32,000 bases of DNA from an uncultured Nitrososphaerota archaeon (GTDB taxonomy: Archaea; Korarchaeota; Korarchaeia; Korarchaeales; Korarchaeaceae), in NCBI GenBank assembly GCA_964480775.1, contig CAYZRF010000006.1, positions 49,471 through 81,470 of the forward strand. The letters run 5' to 3'. The position numbers and the translations under genes were made by a program. The notes beneath the pieces were generated by a model, which was not told the DNA's origin, made no database searches, and saw only the letters and a list, made by a program, of their open reading frames with translations. Position 1 is the stretch's first letter, and each line of letters begins with the position of its first letter. Shown here in pieces: positions 16,759 to 24,315 of this stretch.

Positions 16759-17181
16759 CTAATACCTTCTTCTAGAATATGATCTTCCTCCTCTACGGAA
16801 ATCCCTTCCGCCCCTCCTAGGAGGCTCGTACCCTTCAGGTACCTGGGGGCTCTCCTCAGGTACCTCCTCCATTCCAGGGACTTCCGAATCCTCTATCTTC
16901 TCTATGGTTCCTCTGCTGCCTAAGTTAAGGCGGATCTCTCCACGAAACACCCTTGTGTATCCGTTTTTAATCTCCACAGCATCTCCCGTGGAGATTTTAC
17001 CTGCATGCTCTCCCCACAAGGTGAGAGTTACTCTTCCAGTTTCGTCCCCGACAACAGCTTCTGACAGAGTTCTAGGACCTCTAAAGGTCTGAATCTCTTT
17101 TAGTTCTCCTGCATCGAGAACCCGGACCTTTATATTCACTTCGTTCATATCCGGAACTAATTCACTCACTTTCACGGACAT
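16759..17181 (-). CDS. ssb: single OB-fold ssDNA-binding protein (Sulfolobus SSB type) with an RGG-rich C-terminal tail
   Basis: MSVKVSELVPDMNEVNIKVRVLD...EAVVGDETGRVTLTLWGEHAG aligns closely with crenarchaeal SSB as I recall it. The tail is RRGGRDFRRGGRSYSRRRY. The ATG at 17181 fits the homologue N-terminus; the track start is the GTG at 17202. A T6 run (16750-16755) follows the stop. Confidence 0.9.
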   Translation of the reverse strand: MSVKVSELVPDMNEVNIKVRVLDAGELKEIQTFRGPRTLSEAVVGDETGRVTLTLWGEHAGKISTGDAVEIKNGYTRVFRGEIRLNLGSRGTIEKIEDSEVPGMEEVPEESPQVPEGYEPPRRGGRDFRRGGRSYSRRRY

Positions 17182-17309
17182 TCTTCTCAGATCTCCACAC
17201 ACGTTATGTGTAATGTCGTCACACTTTTGGGCTATAAAAAAGTATGTATTTTTGAGAAAACAACAGAGGCATTATATGTAAAAAAACTATGGGTTGAACG
17301 TGATAGCAG

Positions 17310-18794
17310 ATGAAGATATCCTTTCTAGGGGGAATATCGGAAATAGGAGGCAACAAAATACTCCTAGATCATGATGGATTTCGCTTACTGCTCGACTTTG
17401 GAAAGAGTTTCAAGGGTGAATCAAAGTTCTTTGTAAGGCCGTATCTTGCCCCCTTTTCTATATCAGATTTGATAAAACTAGACCTAATTCCCAACTTCGC
17501 CGGAACATACAAATGGCAACCCGGGGAACCTGTGATTGATGGAGTTCTCATCAGTCACGCACATCTTGATCATTATGGTTGCGTTCCATTGTTAAAACCT
17601 GAGATACCGGTTTTCATGGGAGAAACCAGTAAAATAATAATACTAGCGAGGCAAGACGTCCAAACCTCTTCTTGGGAAAGAAAGATGGTAGAAGAATCCA
17701 TTAAGACTTTCAGAACAGGATACCAACTTGAAATCGGCCCATTTCAAGTATTTCCTGTCCATGTCGATCACTCAATTCCTGGAGCATATGCCTTCCTAAT
17801 TGAAGCTGGTGGGAAAAGAGTTGTTTACACTGGGGACTTCAGGTTTCACGGTCAGGTCTCTTACCTTTCAAAGGACTTTATGGAAAAGGCAAGGGATTTT
17901 CAACCCGACTTGTTGATAGTGGAAGGAACAAGGGTAGCTCCAGAATCAGATCCTGAAGAGGCCATGATAAGGTTACTAGAGCAACACAATATATACAGAT
18001 CTTCAACACCGCCCCCTCTCAGAGTCAGGAAGGAAACTGAAGACGAGAGAAAAGTACTAGAAGAAATGAAAGCAGTGTCTGAGACTGCTAAAAACTCATT
18101 AATATTGATTGAAGCCAACACGACCGATATAGACAGACTTAGAACAGTCTGGCTTTTATCAAAACACCTAGGAAGGCAATTAATCATAGGAGAGACGCAA
18201 GCTTTAATTCTTGAAAGACTTTCAAAGGAAGATCCGAATATAGAGAATCTCCCCCGCATAGGAGATTTCTTTCTTTATCTGAGTAGGAGGAGAAAAAAGG
18301 ACAGCTGGGAGGAAGTTAAGGAGGAAAGGAGGCGGCCCGCCATAAAGGAGCTCATATCACAGATAGAAGACCGCTGCGGTCCAGAAGCAATAGTTTGGGG
18401 AGAAAATAGAAAGAAGCTGGCAAGAGAACCAAATTCCTTCGTTCTACTCACTCCAAATAGCCCCAATACTTTGATGGGCATATTACCAGAGGACGGGAGG
18501 AAGTTCCCCTTAACCTTCATATTGAGCAGATCAGAACCATTTAATGAAGAGCTAGCCATGAGTTTTGATAGGCTGCTTAACTGGTTGGCATACTTTGGCT
18601 TAAAGAAGTATTACAGAATCCATGTTTCAGGTCACGCAAGGCCAGCGGATCTTAGAACCGTGATAGAAGAGATTAACCCGAAAACGATAGTACCAATCCA
18701 CACATCTTATCCAGAATTATTCGATGAGTATGTGCCGCCTTCGTTTAGGAAGAACCTCAGACTCATCTCCCTCAAAGAGACCCTTGAACTATGA
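17310..18794 (+). CDS. rnj: metallo-beta-lactamase/beta-CASP ribonuclease, RNase J-like
   Basis: N-terminus ISFLGGISEIGGNKILLDHDGFRLLLDFG, HxHxDH motif SHAHLDHYG, and C-terminal HVSGHA and PIHT motifs. Confidence 0.8.
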   Translation: MKISFLGGISEIGGNKILLDHDGFRLLLDFGKSFKGESKFFVRPYLAPFSISDLIKLDLIPNFAGTYKWQPGEPVIDGVLISHAHLDHYGCVPLLKPEIPVFMGETSKIIILARQDVQTSSWERKMVEESIKTFRTGYQLEIGPFQVFPVHVDHSIPGAYAFLIEAGGKRVVYTGDFRFHGQVSYLSKDFMEKARDFQPDLLIVEGTRVAPESDPEEAMIRLLEQHNIYRSSTPPPLRVRKETEDERKVLEEMKAVSETAKNSLILIEANTTDIDRLRTVWLLSKHLGRQLIIGETQALILERLSKEDPNIENLPRIGDFFLYLSRRRKKDSWEEVKEERRRPAIKELISQIEDRCGPEAIVWGENRKKLAREPNSFVLLTPNSPNTLMGILPEDGRKFPLTFILSRSEPFNEELAMSFDRLLNWLAYFGLKKYYRIHVSGHARPADLRTVIEEINPKTIVPIHTSYPELFDEYVPPSFRKNLRLISLKETLEL

Positions 18795-19901
18795 GAGCAG
18801 ATGAACGTTACCAATTCTCACATGCTTAAGTCCGGCCTCCTTCGCCGCATTTAAACAGCCGAGGGCCTGCCTTCTACTGGTTGTAGGAAGATCGGTAAGT
18901 TCAAAACAAGGGTAAAATGCCAACAACGAATAAGGTATTTCAGGATTTATCTCTGCGATAAACTCAGCTATTTTACCTACTTCCTCTTCATCTACATATC
19001 CTGGAATGAGGAGTGTGCTTGCGGTCAAGACGGGCGCATCAGGCCTCTTTTCGAAGTACTTTTCGCCTAGTCTCTTGAAGTTCTCCAGTGGTATTTTATT
19101 GGAAACTCCGCACATAGCAATGTTTAGTGTTTCATTCCAGAATTTCAGGTCGAACTTCATGACGCCACCGCTCTCAAAAACGAGCTTCATGGCAACTTCA
19201 GCAAATCCTGGAGACATGTTCCCATTTGTCTCAAAACATATTCTAAGTATGCGATTCTCTTCTTTTGCTCTCTCTAAAACTAGTTTGCTGGTGACTATTG
19301 CGTGTTCCATCTGTGATGAGGGATCTCCTCCAAAATAACAAATACAACTCACCTTATCATGTACCATTGAAGCAAGCTTCTCAGCACTTACAACAGGCAT
19401 TAATCTTTGAGTTAGTCTCTTAAACTGGTAATTCTGACAAAAAACACAGGAAAAAGTGCAAGATCCATAGAAGACAGCCAGATTGTAGTACCCGTATTCG
19501 GGGCCATCCTTATAGGCGTACTTAGGATATCCCGTTCCAATTGCGGGGCAAAACCATGCCGCAACACAGTTTGTGACGTGGGGGTCGTAATACCACTCTA
19601 ATATGCCCTTCTCCCTGGTCCCTCCCAATCTGACTAACTTTCCTCCCATGTTAGTTACTAAACCGCAGTAACCTTTCTCGCCCTCACCGATCCTACAGTT
19701 GTTCCCACACAGCCCACAGAGTACTCCACTAGGATCCTTTGGTGGGTGGGTTGGCATGCCGTACTTTATTCTTGATGCTTGAAGAAGCTGTTGCGCAATT
19801 TGTAAGGCTTCTTCAGGATTTTCTCTGAAGCAGTTGAGACAAACACCAATCTTATCGGAGATTAATGGGCTTTTCGCACCACATATTTTACATGAACCCA
19901 A
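18789..19901 (-). CDS. radical SAM enzyme (PflA-like activase fold) with N-terminal Cys-rich zinc-ribbon-like segments
   Basis: CxxxCxxC motif CTFSCVFCQN. Upstream cysteine clusters are CKICG...CLNC and CGLCGNNC...GYCG. TTG is the only start codon in the frame. Confidence 0.85.
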   Translation of the reverse strand: MGSCKICGAKSPLISDKIGVCLNCFRENPEEALQIAQQLLQASRIKYGMPTHPPKDPSGVLCGLCGNNCRIGEGEKGYCGLVTNMGGKLVRLGGTREKGILEWYYDPHVTNCVAAWFCPAIGTGYPKYAYKDGPEYGYYNLAVFYGSCTFSCVFCQNYQFKRLTQRLMPVVSAEKLASMVHDKVSCICYFGGDPSSQMEHAIVTSKLVLERAKEENRILRICFETNGNMSPGFAEVAMKLVFESGGVMKFDLKFWNETLNIAMCGVSNKIPLENFKRLGEKYFEKRPDAPVLTASTLLIPGYVDEEEVGKIAEFIAEINPEIPYSLLAFYPCFELTDLPTTSRRQALGCLNAAKEAGLKHVRIGNVHLLS

Positions 19902-19907
19902 TTCTCT

Positions 19908-19943
19908 ATGAAGTTCCTATTGTTAGCTATTTATGAACTTCAT
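19908..19943. promoter_or_regulatory. 9-bp perfect inverted repeat ATGAAGTTC-n18-GAACTTCAT between the GGR-like operon end and the radical SAM gene start
   Basis: Read directly from the sequence. It lies 7 nt upstream of the TTG at 19901 and 35 nt downstream of the stop at 19978. Confidence 0.4.
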
Positions 19944-19977
19944 TAAGAAAGTAATGCTTTAGCTAGGGGATGTAATC

Positions 19978-21120
19978 CTATAAATACATGAGATAATATG
20001 CCATAAGGGAAGATAAAAGCCTTGTAAAGAATTTTGGCATGGAAAGGACAATTCTCAATAGTTCTGGGAAGCTAATGTTCATAAGGGCGCTGCTGAGCTG
20101 ATGATCCAAGTCAAAAGAAGAAATTTTTCCTTCATAATCTTTCAATGCTGAAAAGAGAGAATCTAATTCTCTGGGATTCATGCGATCCAAGACTTTTCTG
20201 AAAGCGAGGCCAGCTTTTATTTCAAACCCAAATAACCTCCACCAATTCCTTTCATATGATCCTTCGATTACAGGAAGATCCCTTTCGTAAGAGTTAATTA
20301 TAGAATTTGCAAGGAGTTTTGCTCCTTTAACACCCAAGTACACGCCTCCTCTGCTAAGAGGTTTTACTTGTCCAGCAGCATCTCCCACTAGAGCTACATT
20401 GCTTCTATGGAAGCTCTTTAATGGCTCCGAAGGTATGGCGGCTGCACTCATTTCCCTAAAGTTAGGAGCAACCTCTTTAATCCATTTCATTAAAGGGTCT
20501 GTGCTCCTACCTAGGGCACCGACTCTACTTCTATTCCCCCACGGATATATCCAAAGAAACCTACTCCCTCTCCTCATCTTAACTATGAACTCGTCATCCA
20601 AAGCCATCTTTTCCTCGGAAAAGACCTGAATTCCTACGTACGGCTTCTCTGTTTTTAGACCCAACATATCCCTGACTTTAGAGTAGACACCATCTGCACC
20701 CACAAGGTACTTAAAAGGGATTTTCTCATACCCTTTATTACCTAAAATAATCGCTTTTCTATCTTCGATTCCAATAAATCTGTGTCCTTTAAGTATTTTT
20801 GCACCATTAGAGAGACATGCTTCAACTATCTCTCTGTCGAGAGATACTCTGTCAATGACTCTAGCGATATCACCTTCGAATCTTATCTTTACTCCTCTCG
20901 GCGACTCAAAGATCCCTGCATTAATCTCTGCGACAACGAACGGATCCGCACGCACGGGGAGTTCTCTTATGCATCTATGCCCTAGAATTCCGGAACAACT
21001 TTTTTTCCCAATTAACTTCTTAGAATCTACCATTAGCACGTTTAAGCCAGATTTAGCCAATAAAAGAGAGAGGGTCCCTCCTGCTGGGCCAGCGCCAACC
21101 ACAAGGACATCAACTCTCAA
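19978..21120 (-). CDS. FAD-dependent oxidoreductase, geranylgeranyl reductase (GGR) family
   Basis: Dinucleotide-binding motif VDVLVVGAGPAGG followed by KSCSGIL, which aligns with the GGR catalytic Cys region. The 380-aa length fits. The TTG start overlaps the upstream stop (TTGA). Confidence 0.8.
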   Translation of the reverse strand: MRVDVLVVGAGPAGGTLSLLLAKSGLNVLMVDSKKLIGKKSCSGILGHRCIRELPVRADPFVVAEINAGIFESPRGVKIRFEGDIARVIDRVSLDREIVEACLSNGAKILKGHRFIGIEDRKAIILGNKGYEKIPFKYLVGADGVYSKVRDMLGLKTEKPYVGIQVFSEEKMALDDEFIVKMRRGSRFLWIYPWGNRSRVGALGRSTDPLMKWIKEVAPNFREMSAAAIPSEPLKSFHRSNVALVGDAAGQVKPLSRGGVYLGVKGAKLLANSIINSYERDLPVIEGSYERNWWRLFGFEIKAGLAFRKVLDRMNPRELDSLFSALKDYEGKISSFDLDHQLSSALMNISFPELLRIVLSMPKFFTRLLSSLMAYYLMYL

Positions 21121-21374
21121 GATCCCTCTCCCTGCTTTTTCAGCATTTCTCTTAAGTGATCTTCTTCCAAAACGCCCTGATGGACGAGTCTTCCATCTAT
21201 TATATATGCCGGAAGTAGAGTAACCCGCAAACGAAGAGCCAACTTCTCTCCTCTCTCTTCTGTAACTGAAATCTCCTCAAACTCAACATTTAGGTCTTTA
21301 GCAACTCTCCTCGCGATGATAGCAGCCCTTAAAGCTGATTCACATAGTGGAGAGACTAGAAGAGAGAGTTTCAT
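21117..21374 (-). CDS. small thioredoxin-fold protein, monothiol (SPLC in place of CxxC)
   Basis: 85 aa with a beta-alpha-beta pattern. The LLVSPLCES active-site position has a single Cys, and TLLPAYIIDG is cis-Pro-loop-like. It overlaps both neighbours by 4 nt. Confidence 0.55.
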   Translation of the reverse strand: MKLSLLVSPLCESALRAAIIARRVAKDLNVEFEEISVTEERGEKLALRLRVTLLPAYIIDGRLVHQGVLEEDHLREMLKKQGEGS

Positions 21375-22099
21375 CCCTCCTCATCTGATACCCGCACAGT
21401 CCATGGAGCCGAGATGAATCTATATACATATGGCCTTGTCCTGAAGTCTTTTTCAACAAATCCCTCTCCCAATAGAAAATCCAAGTACTTTCTTGCCGTG
21501 CCTTCAACAACTCCTAACTTTGTAGCTAGCTCCGTAGCGCTGAGTTCTCCCTCCTGTTCAAGTATTGCAAGAGCCTTATACCTTCTATCCGCTTGAATAA
21601 TGGCATTCTTAAATCTTTCACTCATTCTCTTTCTTATTTCATGCTCTAAAATATCCAATTTAGCCATGGCTTCTGATGCTTCCTGTATTAGACCAAAAAT
21701 CCTCTCAGAGACTAAATTTGTGTCATTACTTTTGCTCCATCTAAAGTAGTCTTCAACGACATCAGCCATGGCTTGGATAGAGCTTGACATAATGTCGTTG
21801 AGAGCCTTTTCATAAATCGCAACAATTCTAGAGGTTAATTCATCTCCAAGTTCAAGGTTTAGGGAGAGGCCAACTAGCTTTAGGTCAGAGATAAAATCGT
21901 TTATTAGTTCATCTTTCTTGCCGCTCATTATTTCAATAAATCTTCTAGACATCATCTGGGTCATTTCTCCAGCACTTGCTTCTCTAAGCCCCTCCATACC
22001 CGAAAGATACTTTCTCACAAGCTCTTCAGAGTAATGTTTCTTCAGGATATCTAATTTTTGGCTCAGATCTTCAACTTTCAAGTCCTGTGATCCTTCCAT
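21371..22099 (-). CDS. helical protein with a C-terminal winged helix-turn-helix (putative transcription regulator)
   Basis: C-terminus ELSATELATKLGVVEGTARKYLDFLLGEGFVEKDFRTRPYVYRF is a typical archaeal wHTH. The N-terminal ~170 aa are all-helical and unassigned. Confidence 0.6.
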   Translation of the reverse strand: MEGSQDLKVEDLSQKLDILKKHYSEELVRKYLSGMEGLREASAGEMTQMMSRRFIEIMSGKKDELINDFISDLKLVGLSLNLELGDELTSRIVAIYEKALNDIMSSSIQAMADVVEDYFRWSKSNDTNLVSERIFGLIQEASEAMAKLDILEHEIRKRMSERFKNAIIQADRRYKALAILEQEGELSATELATKLGVVEGTARKYLDFLLGEGFVEKDFRTRPYVYRFISAPWTVRVSDEEG

Positions 22100-22159
22100 T
22101 TATCATCGCCCGGGAATAAGTTCGATCTAAAATGTTCCTGTCAATCTATAAAGCTTCGC

Positions 22160-22945
22160 TCATCCTATAGTGACTCGAAAGTCGACTCTGATCTTCCATT
22201 TTCTTGGAGAATAAGCTGAAACCTTTCTCCAAAATAGTGGTTCTGCCCTCAAATGAAATTTCCGAGCTTTTTGTACCACCATCTCAATTGCTTCTTTATG
22301 CGCCTCTTCACCTCCCCAGTAGTAAAAGTGAAGAATTCCTACCGGGACTTTCAAAGATCTAAGGCCTAGATCTAAGTATTCATAAGCCTCTTTTGGAAGA
22401 GGCATTAGAACTCTGTTAAATGTATGAAACATAGAAGGGCAAACATCTCTTACATCTCCAAAGATGGGTTTCACTTTATCTTCTACTTTGTTAATCCTAA
22501 CGTTTTCTAGGAAGTATTTGTAAGCTATCTCATTGATTTCTATGCCTATGACTTCTTTAACTTTCGGTTGAAACTTTGCAATTGCTATAGCAAAAGGTCC
22601 AACGCCCGCAAACATAACAAGCACTCTCTCATTAGGTTTAACTTGTTTTGCAATTAGTTCTCTTTCTGTAGACTCCCTTGAGGAAAAATACACCTTCATC
22701 GGATCCAATTTCAGCCTGTACCCATGTTCCTTATGCACGACCTCTGTATTCTCGTCGCCAACCAACAAAATAAGGGGTCTAAGTCTGTAAGTACCGCTAC
22801 GAGGCCCCATCCTTAGAAGAACAGATTTAACATGTTTATGTCTTCTTATAATCTCCTCTGCAGCCTTTTTTGGATCTTCATTGCTTTCAACATGAAGAAT
22901 AGCCACAGCACCAGATTCTCTGGATCCTATAAGGTCAAACCTCAT
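22160..22945 (-). CDS. Trm5/Taw2 (Tyw2) family SAM-dependent tRNA methyltransferase/aminocarboxypropyltransferase
   Basis: SAM motif VLVMFAGVGPFAIAIAK and the catalytic-loop-like RVLMPLPK. The 261-aa size is closer to Taw2/Trm5b. The start overlaps the PHP gene end by 11 nt. Confidence 0.75.
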   Translation of the reverse strand: MRFDLIGSRESGAVAILHVESNEDPKKAAEEIIRRHKHVKSVLLRMGPRSGTYRLRPLILLVGDENTEVVHKEHGYRLKLDPMKVYFSSRESTERELIAKQVKPNERVLVMFAGVGPFAIAIAKFQPKVKEVIGIEINEIAYKYFLENVRINKVEDKVKPIFGDVRDVCPSMFHTFNRVLMPLPKEAYEYLDLGLRSLKVPVGILHFYYWGGEEAHKEAIEMVVQKARKFHLRAEPLFWRKVSAYSPRKWKIRVDFRVTIG

Positions 22946-23969
22946 TTATGCCGCCCCTAAGTAATCGGATAAATTTTGGAAGAGGGATAATTGTATGATC
23001 CTTTAAGACAATGTGGGTAACCTCTGATCTGTTGTTTATGATCACGTCATCTACGAGTAGCCCAGAAGCCCGTTTTTCACCTCTAGGAAAGACCAACATT
23101 TTAGATCCATGTAACTCTAAGGAAAAACTTACTGTCTCTATGTCTCTGCTATATTCTTCATCTAATAGAAGGCTATTTCCCGCTATTTTCAATCTAAGAA
23201 CCTTGGAAGTCTCCTTAGGAGCACCTGACCACAACAAACCATCTTCGCTGACAAATAAGATGGCTCTAGGGCTCGATTTATTCAAGTTGATGAGATCTTT
23301 TAGTAAAATCCTTCTAGATTTGGTTAAATTAACCAATCCTGAGAGAAGAGCTGGAAAGATCCTAAATCTAAATTGCTTTTCTATAATCGGCCCGGGCTTA
23401 AGAAATCCTCTGGAGAGATCAACTGTGACAGAACCAATCTCAAAGTAAAAGTGTGCGTCGCTTCCCCCTACTCCTGGCTTTTTAGCTTCTTCTGCTAGCT
23501 TCATACTAAGTAAATTGTCAAATGAAAAGGATCTACCATTCACGACTTCAACAAGGTCTACCATTTTTGCAATACTAAGCATTTTTCCTCTACAAATTCT
23601 CCGCCTAAAAACGCTAATTGGGTGAGGTAACAGAACTATCCCGCCTTGTTCCCTTATCTGGTCAATAGTTTCTTTGAGATCTATTTTTGGTTTTATTCTT
23701 TCAGAGATGTTTAGCCCAATGACATCTCCTTGCTTAGTCTTTATCTCTTCCCCTATGATAACGTTGAACCCTTCCGGAGCGTGTTTTTTTGCGTCATATG
23801 CTCCCAGTATGTGGTTGTGGTCAGTGATCGCTATTCCAGCTAGTCCTTTTTTAATTGCTATTCTTACAACAAGCTTTGGGTCTGCTGGAGAGTCCTTTGA
23901 CCACTTTGTATGAATATGAAGGTCATAAAGTTTCCAATCATTCGAATTCTTGTTTCTAGTGGGCTCCAT
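22935..23969 (-). CDS. PHP-domain metal-dependent phosphoesterase with a ~130-aa beta-rich C-terminal extension
   Basis: YDLHIHTKWS and GIAITDHNH motifs, later GGSDAH. I prefer the ATG at 23969. The TTG at 24014 (track start) sits only 3 nt from the TATA-like element. Confidence 0.85.
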   Translation of the reverse strand: MEPTRNKNSNDWKLYDLHIHTKWSKDSPADPKLVVRIAIKKGLAGIAITDHNHILGAYDAKKHAPEGFNVIIGEEIKTKQGDVIGLNISERIKPKIDLKETIDQIREQGGIVLLPHPISVFRRRICRGKMLSIAKMVDLVEVVNGRSFSFDNLLSMKLAEEAKKPGVGGSDAHFYFEIGSVTVDLSRGFLKPGPIIEKQFRFRIFPALLSGLVNLTKSRRILLKDLINLNKSSPRAILFVSEDGLLWSGAPKETSKVLRLKIAGNSLLLDEEYSRDIETVSFSLELHGSKMLVFPRGEKRASGLLVDDVIINNRSEVTHIVLKDHTIIPLPKFIRLLRGGINEV

Positions 23970-24016
23970 ATACCATAACTTCCCAGCAGAGTCTACTTCA
24001 AGGGTTAAGGGCAAGG

Positions 24017-24026
24017 ATTATAAAAG
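24017..24026. promoter_or_regulatory. shared TATA-like element (ATTATAAAAG / CTTTTATAAT) between the divergent PHP gene and tRNA-Trp
   Basis: It lies about 37 nt upstream of the tRNA 5' end (24059) and about 52 nt upstream of the ATG at 23969 on the other strand. Confidence 0.45.
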
Positions 24027-24058
24027 CTAACTATGCATAGTAAGAACTGGCTAGGTGG

Positions 24059-24214
24059 GGGGCCGTGGCCTAGCCAGGGACTCCTCCAATGATATGAGGA
24101 TCCCCTAGAAAGGAAGGGCGGCGGGCTCCAGAGAATTCCTCTGGAGCATCGAGGAGGATGTCCAGAGCATTAAGAGAGACCCGTAGATCGAGGGTTCGAA
24201 TCCCTCCGGCCCCA
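24059..24214 (+). tRNA. tRNA-Trp (anticodon CCA) interrupted by two introns: D-loop intron ~24081-24114 and canonical 37/38 intron ~24132-24178
   Basis: Hand fold. Acceptor GGGGCCG/CGGCCCC, D-stem GCCT/GGGC, anticodon stem GCGGG/CCCGT, loop CTCCAGA after intron removal, T-arm GAGGG-TTCGAAT-CCCTC, discriminator A. The mature length is about 75 nt. T6 follows at 24217-24222. Confidence 0.85.
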
Positions 24215-24216
24215 CC

Positions 24217-24222
24217 TTTTTT
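24217..24222 (+). terminator. oligo-T (T6) terminator after tRNA-Trp
   Basis: TTTTTT begins 3 nt after the discriminator base. Confidence 0.6.
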
Positions 24223-24315
24223 ATGTGTGAGTCTTTTCCGCATTTATCAAAATAAAAAACTAAAAGACATGACTCTTTCTTTTAGCTTGTAAAAGTCTTT
24301 TGAAGGGTTTCTTGA

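Noticed and set aside
16505-16762. 85-aa plus-strand ORF spanning the aminotransferase start and the intergenic region upstream of ssb.
   Set aside because: It overlaps the 5' end of a well-supported minus-strand gene and its promoter. It has a TTG start with no SD and an implausible composition. The region is better explained as promoter plus the oligo-T terminator of ssb.
20855-21223. 122-aa plus-strand ORF bridging the GGR-like and Trx-like genes. Similar shadow ORFs lie inside cdc48, the RNase J-like gene, the PHP gene, the class III aminotransferase and the M20 gene.
   Set aside because: All lie antisense to genes with clear family motifs and have Ser/Pro/Leu-rich translations typical of shadow frames.
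24081-24178. Possible box C/D guide RNA inside the tRNA-Trp introns, as known from memory for the euryarchaeal pre-tRNA-Trp intron. AATGATATGA occurs in intron 1.
   Set aside because: ATGATAT does not match RUGAUGA. No CUGA box D or D' is present in either intron, and the introns (about 34 and 47 nt) are too short for a complete C/D-C'/D' unit.
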